IMG/VR virus record: IMGVR_UViG_3300032018_000005
Coordinates: 239 to 64,238 of that record
Direction: 5' to 3' (one strand)
Length of the DNA stretch: 64,000 bases
From: a virus
Lineage: Duplodnaviria; Caudoviricetes
A program made the position numbers and the translations under genes. Positions 1-10,351 of the stretch are shown in pieces. How positions within the stretch are numbered: the first letter of the stretch is position 1; every line of letters begins with the position of its first letter. The notes under the pieces were generated by a model. It did no database searches. It was not told the DNA's origin and saw only the letters and a program-made list of their open reading frames with translations.

Positions 1-262
1 AAAATTCTAATGCTACACCACTAAATTGTTCATGAAACCAATAATGATTAACTGATACATGGTCATTAGCAGCTAATATAGCATTTTTTGTTTTTGCAAT
101 TTCATTAAAATTATTAATGAAGTCTATATTTCCAGATTTAATATTCAAGGAAATTGACGAACGATCTCTAATACTTAAAGAAGTCTTAACCCCATATTTC
201 TTTGATATTTCTTTGATTAGAGGAGAAATCAATGCTTTCTTTTCTTGATTCATATGTGCCAT
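1..262 (-). CDS. Hypothetical phage protein, truncated by window edge (MAHMNQEKKALISPLIKEISKKYGVK...)
   Basis: ATG at 262 on the minus strand with GGAGG upstream; reading frame open to the window edge. Confidence 0.7.
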   Translation of the reverse strand, partial: MAHMNQEKKALISPLIKEISKKYGVKTSLSIRDRSSISLNIKSGNIDFINNFNEIAKTKNAILAANDHVSVNHYWFHEQFSGVALEF

Positions 263-263
263 T

Positions 264-407
264 TTAGCCTCCAATTCTTCCAATTTGCACGAATGTGGTT
301 TTGACGATAGGGGATTGATATACGGCAACATTTGCAAGTTTTAAAGTACATACCCAGCCTAAACCGTCATATTTGGCACATAAGGCATTAAATTTCTTTT
401 TGCTCAT
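264..407 (-). CDS. Small hypothetical protein
   Basis: ORF track 264..500; the ATG at 407 has a GGGAG RBS. Confidence 0.55.
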   Translation of the reverse strand: MSKKKFNALCAKYDGLGWVCTLKLANVAVYQSPIVKTTFVQIGRIGG

Positions 408-504
408 ATCTTTCTCCCTATAATTTAATTTTTGGTTGTAGACGGCTGCCAGCTTTACTATCTGCTTCCACCGATTTAACACTTTCATCACCTCAACCAA
501 CGAT

Positions 505-535
505 TGAATTATGACACGTCTAAATCAGAAGTCAA
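505..535 (-). promoter_or_regulatory. Sigma70-type early promoter
   Basis: Minus strand TTGACT-N16-CATAAT upstream of the leftward ORFs. Confidence 0.55.
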
Positions 536-693
536 GTATATAATTCACATAATTTACTTGAATCAATCCTTTAGCAGACTTTTTCATTCCGCTATCACAG
601 AACAAGGATAATTTGTTCGCTTTTACGCTCAAAGATAAATATGAATAATCACGACAAAATGTCGTGTTATTTGTCGGGATTAGGGAAAATATA

Positions 694-1227
694 ATGGTAA
701 CAATGAATTTAAGCGACATAAAAGGAACCGGTTCAGCTTCAATGCAGAATGGTGATTTTCTTACTTTTGATGGATTACCTAATAATCAATATTCGATGAT
801 TATACCTTCTTTACCGAACGTTCAATTCTTTCTTCAAAAGTTTTCGTTGCCTAGTGTTAGCGTAAAATCAATTGATTTATATTCAAGAATTGTTGATTAT
901 AATGAAATTGGAGAAAAAATAAATTATGAACCATTTACAGTTACGTTTCTAGTAGACAAATACTCAAGAAATTGGGCATCAGTTTTTAATTGGATGAAAT
1001 CTATGACTGCTGATGGTAGTAATATTGGTCATACTGATGATGTTGATCTATTAATCAATAATCAACCGTTGTGTAGATTTATGGGTTCTTGGCCGATGAT
1101 ACTATCTGGATTTGAATTTGATACTACTGTTGAAGGATTAGTATACATTAAATCAACATTAACAATGAATTATGATTATATGGATTATACTGGTACATTC
1201 CAAACAGTTGATTCTCAATATAGTTAA
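694..1227 (+). CDS. gp3: Tail completion / sheath stabilizer (T4 gp3-like)
   Basis: PNVQFFLQKFSLPSVS...YEPFTVTFLVD...NW motif pattern; late-promoter-like ATAAATA at about 635; lies before uvsY-uvsW as in T4-like phages. Confidence 0.8.
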   Translation: MVTMNLSDIKGTGSASMQNGDFLTFDGLPNNQYSMIIPSLPNVQFFLQKFSLPSVSVKSIDLYSRIVDYNEIGEKINYEPFTVTFLVDKYSRNWASVFNWMKSMTADGSNIGHTDDVDLLINNQPLCRFMGSWPMILSGFEFDTTVEGLVYIKSTLTMNYDYMDYTGTFQTVDSQYS

Positions 1228-1308
1228 CTGTTGAAAATATCTGACAAAGGAGGAGGGGTAGGCTGGCTTAGGTCAATATAAGATTGATTTAACGATGATT
1301 ATTTAACC

Positions 1309-1555
1309 AATATTAAATATCACCTTCGGTGAATACTGCTCCTTCAGAGCCGTAAAGATAAAGTTTCTATATTAGGTTTGATTAATTGATTCATACAAAG
1401 ACATAAAACAATATTAGTTCGATTATTGTTTAATTGATGAATATTAAATATCACCTTCGGTGAATACTGCTCCTTCAGAGCCGTATAAATAAAGTTTCTA
1501 TATTAGGTTTGATTAATTTATTAATTGATTAATACAAAGACATAAAACAATATTA
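1309..1555. repeat. Two direct repeats of about 108-116 bp (1309-1416, 1440-1555), each with a CACC-TTCG-GGTG-type hairpin, in a non-coding AT-rich region
   Basis: aatattaaatatcaccttcggtgaatactgctccttcagagccgta...caaagacataaaacaatatta occurs twice. Confidence 0.9.
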
Positions 1556-1852
1556 AACCCTCTCCCTTTAACGCAAGTGATTAATCTAAGCCCGTAGCGT
1601 GTCTAATATCAAGACAATATTTTAAGTAAAGGAGTCCTACAGTAGGAACCTATTTACTTATAGGATGGGAGAACCCCGTACGCATCGTGGATGTTTCTTC
1701 ATAGTCCACTCGGACGAAAATCGCTGATTATTCGTTGGATACCATTAACGTGGCTGACGTTGTCTGTAAGGCTTTTATAATTAGATAATCGCCCATGTAA
1801 TGTTGTTTTTGGATTTGTCGCAGACATCGAACATAATCTACATTACATTTAA

Positions 1853-2056
1853 TTACTTCTTTATTTTTCTCCTCTCCATCACTACTTCAAGAGCTTCTAT
1901 TATTGAAATATTTAGATTATTCGCTACTTTTTTAGCATGTTCCAACAGTTTTTCCCGTTGTTCTTTTTCTATTTGGTGTGCTTTATTTTTAGATATTCTT
2001 TTATCGGAAACATATTCTGTGTCTGATTTGAATTCTTTAAAAATTTTAGTAGTCAT
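1853..2056 (-). CDS. Small basic hypothetical protein
   Basis: 67-aa Lys/Glu-rich ORF with AGGTG RBS, downstream of a late-promoter-like AATAAATA. Confidence 0.55.
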   Translation of the reverse strand: MTTKIFKEFKSDTEYVSDKRISKNKAHQIEKEQREKLLEHAKKVANNLNISIIEALEVVMERRKIKK

Positions 2057-2087
2057 TCATACACCTATTATTGTTTGTTTTTGCTCT

Positions 2088-2095
2088 TATAAATA
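2088..2095 (+). promoter_or_regulatory. T4-type late promoter TATAAATA upstream of uvsY
   Basis: Exact gp55 consensus. Confidence 0.6.
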
Positions 2096-2243
2096 CTAAG
2101 TAAGGAGACAAGAGTGCAATACTCCTGAATTGTTTCTTCTTAAACGAACAATTCTAATCCTTACTTCTATTTATTATCATCCTATTAATGGTATTACAGA
2201 AATAGGATGTTGTCAAATCATACCTAAAGCGGATGAATATATT

Positions 2244-2699
2244 ATGAATACAAAAGTGACACCTACAATTGACGAAGTTCTGTCAGAATGGAAAAAAGAC
2301 GCAATAATTGATGAATCCAAATTATCTAATGAGATAGTTCGTGTTCCTATGCTCCATTCGAAATATCTTGAATATTTTATCTTTTTTAAACAAAGATTGT
2401 CTGCGGTAGAATCCAAGAAAAATAAGATGGGATGGCAAAAAAGGAAATATTTTCGAGGCGAAATGGCTTTGGACGACCTTCAGAAACATGGATGGTCGCA
2501 GTGGAATGGACTAAAACCAAGTACAACTGAGCTGAATCAACTATTGGAATTTGATACAGATATGAATGATCTAACTAGAATTGTTTCAGAATTGAAGACT
2601 TCTGTATCTGGATGTGAATATATTATGAATCAACTAAAAGGAAGAGAATATGCTCTCAAAACTCTTTTCGAGTATATGAAGTATATTGGTGGCAATTGA
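2244..2699 (+). CDS. uvsY: Recombination mediator UvsY
   Basis: WKKDAIID...PMLHSKYL...KYFRGE pattern; synteny gp3-uvsY-uvsW. Confidence 0.9.
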   Translation: MNTKVTPTIDEVLSEWKKDAIIDESKLSNEIVRVPMLHSKYLEYFIFFKQRLSAVESKKNKMGWQKRKYFRGEMALDDLQKHGWSQWNGLKPSTTELNQLLEFDTDMNDLTRIVSELKTSVSGCEYIMNQLKGREYALKTLFEYMKYIGGN

Positions 2700-2700
2700 A

Positions 2701-4203
2701 ATGGCTGATATAATAGTTTCAAAGAAAAACGAGACATCCTTATATATCGACTGTGAACTAGGTATTCTTTATGAACTTCAAGAGAAATTTTCATTTTTCG
2801 TTGAGGGGTATAAATTTATGCCAAAGTTCAAAGCAAAGATGTGGGATGGGACTGTCAAATTACTAGATGTAAGGTTCGGGACATTACCAGTTGGTTTATA
2901 TAATGAACTTGTAACACATTCCACATCTCTTGGGTATACTGTCGAATGTAAGAGCAATCAATATGGTGCATTAAATGATAAGGATGATGCTACATACGAT
3001 GATATTGAAAAGTATATAAACGGGCTGAATATTCACTCAAAGAATCAAAAGGTTGAGATAAGAGAATATCAAATAAAAGCGATATTCAACTGTATAAAAA
3101 ATCAAAGACAAATATCAGTGACTCCTACTGGTGGAGGAAAATCATTAATAGCATATTGTTTATATCGGTGGTACATAGATCATGGTAAATCGCATTTCAT
3201 GTTGGTCGTCCCAAATCTCGGACTTATCAAACAAATGTATAATGATTTTAAAGATTATTCTTCTCATAATAACTTTGACGTGGAAAAAGAAACTCAGATT
3301 ATCGCAGAAGGTGCAGATAAAACGATAACCAAATCTCTTATTATTTGTACATGGCAGAGCGTCTTTAAACAACAAAGTAAATGGTTTAATCAACTTGATG
3401 TCATATTGGCAGATGAGGCCCACCAATATAAAGCCGAAGCAGTGAAGGGTATATTCGAAAAGGCTGTGGAAGTTAAATATCGCTTTGGTATAACAGGATC
3501 ATTAGATAAGTCAACTACAAATAAAATGGTACTTCGAGGTCTTATTGGAGAAATATCCCAAGAAAAAACAACTAGAGACTTAATAGATGAAGGATTCTTG
3601 AGTGATATCAACATTAACTGTATACTATTAAAGTACGGGAAAGAATCGAAGAAATTAGTATCTCCAATGGAATACCACGAAGAATTAAATTTTATTTGTA
3701 CGCATACTGCGAGAAATAAATTTATCAGGAAATTAGCACTGTCATTAAAGGGCAATACATTTATACTCTTTAACTTCATTTCACATGGTGAAGAGTTATA
3801 TGCAGATATAAAAAAGAATGCTATTAATCAAGAGTGTTATTTGGTGTGTGGAAAGGTTGAGGCAGATGAACGAGAAGAAATTAGAAATCTTATCCAAAAT
3901 GCAACAACAGATACTATTGCTCTCGGTTCATACGGGACATGTAGCACTGGTATTAATATTCCCAAGATTCACAATATCATTTTCGCATCACCGTCTAAAT
4001 CAGTCATTAGAATTATGCAATCTGTTGGACGGGGTCTTAGAAAAGCAGATGGGAAAAATATATTGAAACTTTACGATATTTCTGATGCAATAAACACGTC
4101 AAAAACATCACCAAATTTTGCGTTTTCACATTTCACAGAAAGATTGAGAATTTATGTATCTGAAAAACACCATTATAAAATAATCGAGGTGAAAATTGAA
4201 TAG
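2701..4203 (+). CDS. uvsW: UvsW SF2 DNA helicase
   Basis: PTGGGKS Walker A, DEAH, QSVGRGLR motif VI. Confidence 0.95.
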   Translation: MADIIVSKKNETSLYIDCELGILYELQEKFSFFVEGYKFMPKFKAKMWDGTVKLLDVRFGTLPVGLYNELVTHSTSLGYTVECKSNQYGALNDKDDATYDDIEKYINGLNIHSKNQKVEIREYQIKAIFNCIKNQRQISVTPTGGGKSLIAYCLYRWYIDHGKSHFMLVVPNLGLIKQMYNDFKDYSSHNNFDVEKETQIIAEGADKTITKSLIICTWQSVFKQQSKWFNQLDVILADEAHQYKAEAVKGIFEKAVEVKYRFGITGSLDKSTTNKMVLRGLIGEISQEKTTRDLIDEGFLSDININCILLKYGKESKKLVSPMEYHEELNFICTHTARNKFIRKLALSLKGNTFILFNFISHGEELYADIKKNAINQECYLVCGKVEADEREEIRNLIQNATTDTIALGSYGTCSTGINIPKIHNIIFASPSKSVIRIMQSVGRGLRKADGKNILKLYDISDAINTSKTSPNFAFSHFTERLRIYVSEKHHYKIIEVKIE

Positions 4204-4630
4204 TGAATTAAAGATTCTAAAAATGATGGATGGACGCGATGTCATATGTGAAGTAAAAAGAACTACTTCTGATAATTGTTTAATTGTGCTAAATCCTATG
4301 ATTCTTGGAATGGTGAATGTTAAAGGCGCAGAAACCTATACCGCTATACCATATATTCAAGGTGCTGATGAAGCGGCATCTATCTATATTTATGGTCATG
4401 CAATATCCGCCATGGCCTCACCGACATCGTTTTATACCATGTTTTACGGGTCAGCTTTATATCAGCAAGAGACTAAAAAAATTATAGCAGAAGCTAATGG
4501 CGAATTAAATAATTTTCATAAATGTATATTGCAGGACATTAAAGCTAAAATAATCAAGAAATATGGTGTATTAGGGGATGCATTAAACGCAGAAGATTTA
4601 CCTGGTGATATTGAAAAGGTGATACATTAA
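4196..4630 (+). CDS. Conserved hypothetical protein (Sm-like fold) between uvsW and gp55
   Basis: LKILKMMDGRDVICEV N-terminus; conserved position. Confidence 0.6.
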   Translation: MNSELKILKMMDGRDVICEVKRTTSDNCLIVLNPMILGMVNVKGAETYTAIPYIQGADEAASIYIYGHAISAMASPTSFYTMFYGSALYQQETKKIIAEANGELNNFHKCILQDIKAKIIKKYGVLGDALNAEDLPGDIEKVIH

Positions 4631-5184
4631 TGGGAAAAAAAGAAAATACTTTTTATGTTAGTAATAAAGCACTATATCAGGAATATTTGGTTTGGTATGC
4701 TAATATAAAAGAGGCTGAAGAAGAAGGAATAGAACGGCCTCAAATACCAAATTTCATAATTGAAAGCATGTTGCGTATTGCTACCAGATTATCGTATAAA
4801 CCAAATTTTCTAAATTATACATTCAGGGATGATATGATAGGAGATGCATTGGTTGATTGTGTCAGGTTTGCAACCAAATTCAACCCAAATAAAAGTGAAA
4901 ATCCATTCAGTTATATTACTACTATCTGCTTTAATGCCTTTCTTAGAAGAATAGACCGCGAAAAGGTACAAAAATATATCAAAGCGAAAATAGTAACCGA
5001 CTTCCCGACTCATGAATTCTTGGATAATCAAGAACATGAAGAAGATGGTGCCTTCGTTAATCAGTATATAGATTTTTTGCGTGAAACAGGTTATTCAGAT
5101 GACTGTGTACCAATGAGCATAAAGAGAACCAAGAAAATAAAAGAATTAAATGCTGGGCCATTAGCGGAATTCTCTGGTGCCTAA
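4630..5184 (+). CDS. gp55: Late transcription sigma factor gp55
   Basis: YVSNK...IATRLSYKPNFLNYTFRDDMIGDA...NPFSYITTICFNAFLRRI. Confidence 0.95.
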   Translation: MGKKENTFYVSNKALYQEYLVWYANIKEAEEEGIERPQIPNFIIESMLRIATRLSYKPNFLNYTFRDDMIGDALVDCVRFATKFNPNKSENPFSYITTICFNAFLRRIDREKVQKYIKAKIVTDFPTHEFLDNQEHEEDGAFVNQYIDFLRETGYSDDCVPMSIKRTKKIKELNAGPLAEFSGA

Positions 5185-6226
5185 GTTTATCATTCTTGGA
5201 GATATGCATATTGGAGTAAAGAATGCATCCCCAGTATTATGTGAATATCAATTGCGATTTTTCGAGACACAACTTTTTCCTTACATGGAAAAGCATTGTA
5301 TCGATACTATATTGCAATTGGGGGATTTATTCGATACCCGCAAGTTTTCGAACCATGTTATTTTGCATATGTGGATGACAAGATTTTTTGATGTGATAGA
5401 AGCAAAAAAAATAAAATTTATCACGATATTAGGGAATCATGATTTAGCATACAAAAACACATTGGAAGTCAATTCTACCTCTCTATTTTTGAAATCATAT
5501 CCCTCAGTTAAGATAATAGATAAACCAACAAATGAATCTATATGTGGCGTGAGTTTTCTTCTGTTGCCGTGGATAGTGGAGGCTGATAGGTCGCACATAT
5601 CATCTTCCATCACTAATACAGAATCATTATTTTGTGCTGGGCATTTCGAGTTTTCTGGATTTGAGGTTCAAAAGGGAATTGATGCTCATGGTGGAGAAGA
5701 TTCAAAGAATTACGACCATTTCGATATTGTATTTTCTGGCCATTACCACACGAAACACAAAAAGAAAAATATTCTTTATACCGGTACTCCATATGAAATG
5801 AGCTGGGCTGATTATGGAGATCAAAAAGGATTTCATGTATTCGATACGAAAAAACATAAAGTAGATTTCGTAAAAAATAATATTGGGTTGTTTTATAGAT
5901 TAGAATATAACGATAAAAATAATTCACCTGATTTGGAATATGGTCTTGGTGGATCATATGTAAAGGTAGTTGTTATTAATAAAACTGATCCTCATCTATT
6001 CGAAAAATACATCAATCATATTCTTTTGCAGAATCCAACAGACTTGAAGATAACCGATATAGATCATGTGTTTGATTCCGTCGATGTGTCTGGTTCGTTA
6101 AAATTAGATGATACGAAAACTATAATGGATAATTTTATAGATAAAATAGAAACGGAATTAGACAAGAAGAAAATTAAAGATATGATGCATTCCTTATATA
6201 TGAATTCGCTTGAGAAAATAGAATGA
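5177..6226 (+). CDS. gp47: Recombination endonuclease gp47 (Mre11/SbcD-like)
   Basis: GDMHIG, GDLFD, GNHD, SGHYH phosphoesterase motifs. Confidence 0.95.
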   Translation: MPKFIILGDMHIGVKNASPVLCEYQLRFFETQLFPYMEKHCIDTILQLGDLFDTRKFSNHVILHMWMTRFFDVIEAKKIKFITILGNHDLAYKNTLEVNSTSLFLKSYPSVKIIDKPTNESICGVSFLLLPWIVEADRSHISSSITNTESLFCAGHFEFSGFEVQKGIDAHGGEDSKNYDHFDIVFSGHYHTKHKKKNILYTGTPYEMSWADYGDQKGFHVFDTKKHKVDFVKNNIGLFYRLEYNDKNNSPDLEYGLGGSYVKVVVINKTDPHLFEKYINHILLQNPTDLKITDIDHVFDSVDVSGSLKLDDTKTIMDNFIDKIETELDKKKIKDMMHSLYMNSLEKIE

Positions 6227-7938
6227 AGATAATATTTAAACATTTGGAGTTTAAGAATTTTCGTTCTGTTGGTAATATACCAATTAAAATTGATATGAAT
6301 ACCCACAGAACGACTTTGATATCTGGAGAAAATGGTCATGGTAAAAGTACAGTATTGTATGCCCTTTGTTTTGTTCTTTTTGGTCGTGGATATGGGCAAG
6401 TAACAAAACCTTCTCTAATCAATTCAATCAACCAAAAAGATTTACTTGTTAACGTAGAATTCTCAATTGGCAAAAAAGAATATAAAATAAATCGTGGGAT
6501 GAAACCTAATATTTTTGAAATATTATGCGATGGTAAATTGGTGAATCAAGACCCCTCGATAAAAGACTATCAGAAATATTTGGAACAACAGATACTCAAA
6601 TTCAATTATAGAGCGTTCTCACAGGTTATTGTTGTTGGTGGTGGTACTGATTATACTCCATTTATGAAATTACCGGCAAAAGATCGCAGAGAATTTGTTG
6701 AAGACCTTTTGGATATTAGAGTATTCTCTACCATGGGCAATATGATAAAAGAACACTATAAGGATTCAAAAGATCAACTGAAAGAACTAGCAGTATTAAT
6801 GAAATCACAAAAGGAAAAGATAGTTCTACAGGAATCCTTTATCAAAAAATTACGGAAAGAAAAGGAAGATTCAGCAGATAAAATACTGAACAATATAAAA
6901 GCATTGGCTGTCTTAAATGCCGATTTGGAAGCAACATTATCATCCACAATGGATTCTCTAGAGTTCCATAAAAAAACGGTCGATATACTTGACATTAAAA
7001 CAACAGAAATTTCTTCTATTAGATTAAAAGGAAAGAGTATTCAGTCCGATATTGATAAAAAGAATTCATATACCGAGAAATATAAAGAAATGATCGTTTG
7101 TCCAACATGCCATCAAGACGTTGGAGATAAACACAAACAACTCATAATCGATGGGGTGAATTCGGATATCGATGCACTCGAAAAGGATATGTTCGATGTC
7201 GTTGTAGCAGAGGCAGCCTTGAAGATTCAAATGGAAAAATATTCTGGTGCTCTTGATGCATTTAACAAAACACAGAAAATTGTTTCATCGTTAAGCCAGG
7301 ACATTTTCTCCAATAATGTCTCTATAAAGAATATGAATTCTCAAATTGTTGAGATCCAATCAGACACCATAAGTGTTGATGATGAACAATTGAAATTGAA
7401 GACATTCGCAAAAGAATTTCTTTCATTGGATACAAAAAAGAAAGAAATTTTGGTTATACAACAATATCAAGAATGTATGCAGCAGATTCTTTCAGATTCA
7501 GGTATAAAATCCAAAATAATAAAACAATACATCCCTACTATCAATAAACTGATAAACAAATATCTAGCCGACTTGGATTTTTTCTGTTCCTTCTTTTTGG
7601 ATGAAGAATTCAATGAAAGTATAAAATCGAGACATCGGGATTCTTTCACATATGATAATTTTAGTGATGGTCAAAAACGTAGAATAGATTTGGCTATCCT
7701 TTTAGCATGGATGGATATTGCCAAAGCAAAAAACGCATTACATTGTAATGTAGTATTCTTTGATGAAATAGACGCTCCTTTGGACTCTACTGGTTCTGAA
7801 TTGCTTCATGCTACTTTGAGATCGTGTTCTGCTGACCATATCTTTATTATTAGTCATAAAGGAGATTTATTGGCTGACAAAGCAGATAACACCATAAAAT
7901 TTAAACTCCATAACAATTTTACACAAATAGCAGATTGA
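6223..7938 (+). CDS. gp46: Recombination ATPase gp46 (Rad50/SbcC-like)
   Basis: GENGHGKST, CPTC zinc hook, FSDGQK signature, FFDE Walker B. Confidence 0.95.
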   Translation: MKIIFKHLEFKNFRSVGNIPIKIDMNTHRTTLISGENGHGKSTVLYALCFVLFGRGYGQVTKPSLINSINQKDLLVNVEFSIGKKEYKINRGMKPNIFEILCDGKLVNQDPSIKDYQKYLEQQILKFNYRAFSQVIVVGGGTDYTPFMKLPAKDRREFVEDLLDIRVFSTMGNMIKEHYKDSKDQLKELAVLMKSQKEKIVLQESFIKKLRKEKEDSADKILNNIKALAVLNADLEATLSSTMDSLEFHKKTVDILDIKTTEISSIRLKGKSIQSDIDKKNSYTEKYKEMIVCPTCHQDVGDKHKQLIIDGVNSDIDALEKDMFDVVVAEAALKIQMEKYSGALDAFNKTQKIVSSLSQDIFSNNVSIKNMNSQIVEIQSDTISVDDEQLKLKTFAKEFLSLDTKKKEILVIQQYQECMQQILSDSGIKSKIIKQYIPTINKLINKYLADLDFFCSFFLDEEFNESIKSRHRDSFTYDNFSDGQKRRIDLAILLAWMDIAKAKNALHCNVVFFDEIDAPLDSTGSELLHATLRSCSADHIFIISHKGDLLADKADNTIKFKLHNNFTQIAD

Positions 7939-8116
7939 TATGGGAAATTCGGATGTCATATTTCATTTGACATTTAAATAAGATTCTATATAATGTGTTG
8001 TAGTAAATGTGAAGTTTAATTTTGATATGGAATTTGGATGTCATATTTCATTTGACATTTAAATAAGATTCTATATAATGTGTTGTAGTAAATGTGAAGT
8101 TTAATTTTGATATGGA
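7938..8116 (+). repeat. Tandem 85-bp duplication of an early promoter (TTGACA-N16-TATAAT twice)
   Basis: 7951-8031 is repeated at 8036-8116. Confidence 0.9.
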
Positions 8117-8123
8117 GATTATT

Positions 8124-8273
8124 ATGAATAACACACCTCGCTTTGACCAACGTTTTGTTGTGGATTTGTCTTCCGGTAAACGCGCTTCTCGCCGCACAGT
8201 AACAACAATTAAATCTGGGAGAGCTGCTTTTGGTAATGCAGAAATGCGCACCATCTTCAAAGGAGCGAAATAA
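8124..8273 (+). CDS. 49-aa hypothetical protein (MNNTPRFDQRFVVDL...)
   Basis: GGAG RBS after the promoter; stop overlaps the rIIA start (TAATG). Confidence 0.6.
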   Translation: MNNTPRFDQRFVVDLSSGKRASRRTVTTIKSGRAAFGNAEMRTIFKGAK

Positions 8274-10324
8274 TGATTCTGGAAAAAACACATAACATAT
8301 CGACAAACCTGAAAGGGTCTGTTGAATTCGGAGTGACTGATGATTCATCAAAAATCTTCGCATTCTTGTCTAATTTTTTATATACTGACAAAGAACGAGC
8401 AGTCATGACCGAATTGTGTAGCAATGCGCTTGATGCCCATGTTATGTTAGGGAAGGAAGAAGTCCCAATTTTGGTGCATTTACCAACTGAATTACAAAAA
8501 GAATTTCGTGTTCGTGATTATGGCCCAGGATTGTCAGAAGAACAAGTATATCTATTTCTTACAAAATACGGATCCACATCTAAAGGAGACTCTAATGAGA
8601 TGATTGGTGGTTTTGGTATCGGTTCTAAATCACCTGCTGCCGTAACTGATACATGGACAATCAATTCACACTTTGATGGTGCTGCAACCTCATATTTGAT
8701 CCATGTGAATGAACGTGGTATTCCAAGTATCAATAAACTATGGACTTTACCAACAGACGAAAGTGGTATTGAAGTTATTGTTCCCACAAAAAACACCCAT
8801 ATGTGGCATACAGCAGCGAAAAAAGTATTTGCTTATTATGATGTTATGCCTATTATAAAAGGAACAACTGACAAACCAAATAAAGTAGATTTCACTAGTT
8901 CTTTTTTCGGATTAATTAAATTTTCTAAAAAGGTCGATTCAGGTAGTAGTATTGTCAAAATTTTGATGAATCGTCGAGCATATAACCTTGATTTGTCGAA
9001 GATAGGATCTGACAATTGGTTTCTTTGTGGAGGCCATATTGAATTCGACACAAGTTCATTGAGTGTCGGCCTCTCAAGAGAAGATTTGCAATATGATTCT
9101 AGAACAATCGCCTCAATTAAGACGAGATTTTCTGAAATAGAAAACAAATTGATTTCTGAATGGGATTGGGATGTAAGCTACTACACAAATTTATATGCAT
9201 ATAAACAAGCAGCAAATGAATTCAAAACGAAGCATAACATTACCACCAAAGCATGTGTGTTTCTATCCACGAAAAACGCAGATATTTTTGCAAAAAATGT
9301 TGATTTTAGTAATCTAGCATTTTTTAACATAGATTTAACAGCGGCAGATTTAAAAATACAATTGATTGAGAATGGAGTAGTTAAACAAGTTAAATACCGT
9401 ACTGGTGGTATAAGTAGAATCAGTATATCCACTAAATCTATTACTAATCCGACGAAAATTTTAAAAGGGCATTCATCTAATAGAGATGATTTGGTGTTTG
9501 TATTGCGAGACAATACAACTTCATCTGCCAGAATTAAAAAGGCACAAGAAGAAAAGAAAATACCAAATGCAATTCTCTTGGATAAAGAATGGTTTGATTG
9601 TATCCCAGATGCTTTCAATAAGATTAAAGCATCTTCATTGGGAAAAGTAATACGGGTTAAAAAACCAAAAAAAGAAATTGTTGATTCTGAGTTGTTCAAA
9701 AAAACCGGAAATTCGTTTACTCGGATTCTTGAAAAAGACCTTGATAAAACCGCCCCTATAATTTATATACTCATGACAAATGCAGGGTCAGTAAAATCTA
9801 TTCTCAATCCAGATGATGTTTCTTTTATTGATAATTTTAAAGCAAGAGACTTAGGTGATGCTCAAATTATTTTTGTTAAACCAAATACAACAATCCCTAA
9901 ATATGCTATCACTCCTGTTGAATGGATGACATCTACTTATGATAAGTTGTTTAAACAAAAACAACAATTGATTGATGAAAATAATGCTAGGCATGTCCCA
10001 AGCATTTCATCGTTATATTCATATGGATGGATTTTATCTTCTCCAGGAAGGTTTGCTCATATTCGAGCAGATTCAACAATTAATCATATATTGTCTTATG
10101 TTACAAGCATAAAAAATTGTAAAAACGACACTAAGGCTAATGATGCGCTTGATTTATTAAATAAATGTGGCAAAATGTTAAATAGACAAACAATCAACAT
10201 TCCAGAAAAATTCTTCATTACCCAATTGTGTGCAGCATATCCCATGCTGAAATACATAACAGGAATTTGCAATAATGATATGTTTAATGATATAATTTCG
10301 TATATCGAAAAGTGTGAGAAGTAA
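8273..10324 (+). CDS. rIIA: rIIA protein (N-terminal GHKL/HATPase)
   Basis: ELCSNALDAH, RDYGPGL, IGGFGIGSKSP; followed by rIIB. Confidence 0.9.
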   Translation: MILEKTHNISTNLKGSVEFGVTDDSSKIFAFLSNFLYTDKERAVMTELCSNALDAHVMLGKEEVPILVHLPTELQKEFRVRDYGPGLSEEQVYLFLTKYGSTSKGDSNEMIGGFGIGSKSPAAVTDTWTINSHFDGAATSYLIHVNERGIPSINKLWTLPTDESGIEVIVPTKNTHMWHTAAKKVFAYYDVMPIIKGTTDKPNKVDFTSSFFGLIKFSKKVDSGSSIVKILMNRRAYNLDLSKIGSDNWFLCGGHIEFDTSSLSVGLSREDLQYDSRTIASIKTRFSEIENKLISEWDWDVSYYTNLYAYKQAANEFKTKHNITTKACVFLSTKNADIFAKNVDFSNLAFFNIDLTAADLKIQLIENGVVKQVKYRTGGISRISISTKSITNPTKILKGHSSNRDDLVFVLRDNTTSSARIKKAQEEKKIPNAILLDKEWFDCIPDAFNKIKASSLGKVIRVKKPKKEIVDSELFKKTGNSFTRILEKDLDKTAPIIYILMTNAGSVKSILNPDDVSFIDNFKARDLGDAQIIFVKPNTTIPKYAITPVEWMTSTYDKLFKQKQQLIDENNARHVPSISSLYSYGWILSSPGRFAHIRADSTINHILSYVTSIKNCKNDTKANDALDLLNKCGKMLNRQTINIPEKFFITQLCAAYPMLKYITGICNNDMFNDIISYIEKCEK

Positions 10325-10351
10325 ATTTATCGTATAAAAAGGAGAAATGAA

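Noticed and set aside
1800-2099. 99-aa plus-strand ORF and the N-terminal extension of uvsY to 2130
   Set aside because: Antisense shadow of 1853-2056 and overlap with the palindromic promoter element; no RBS
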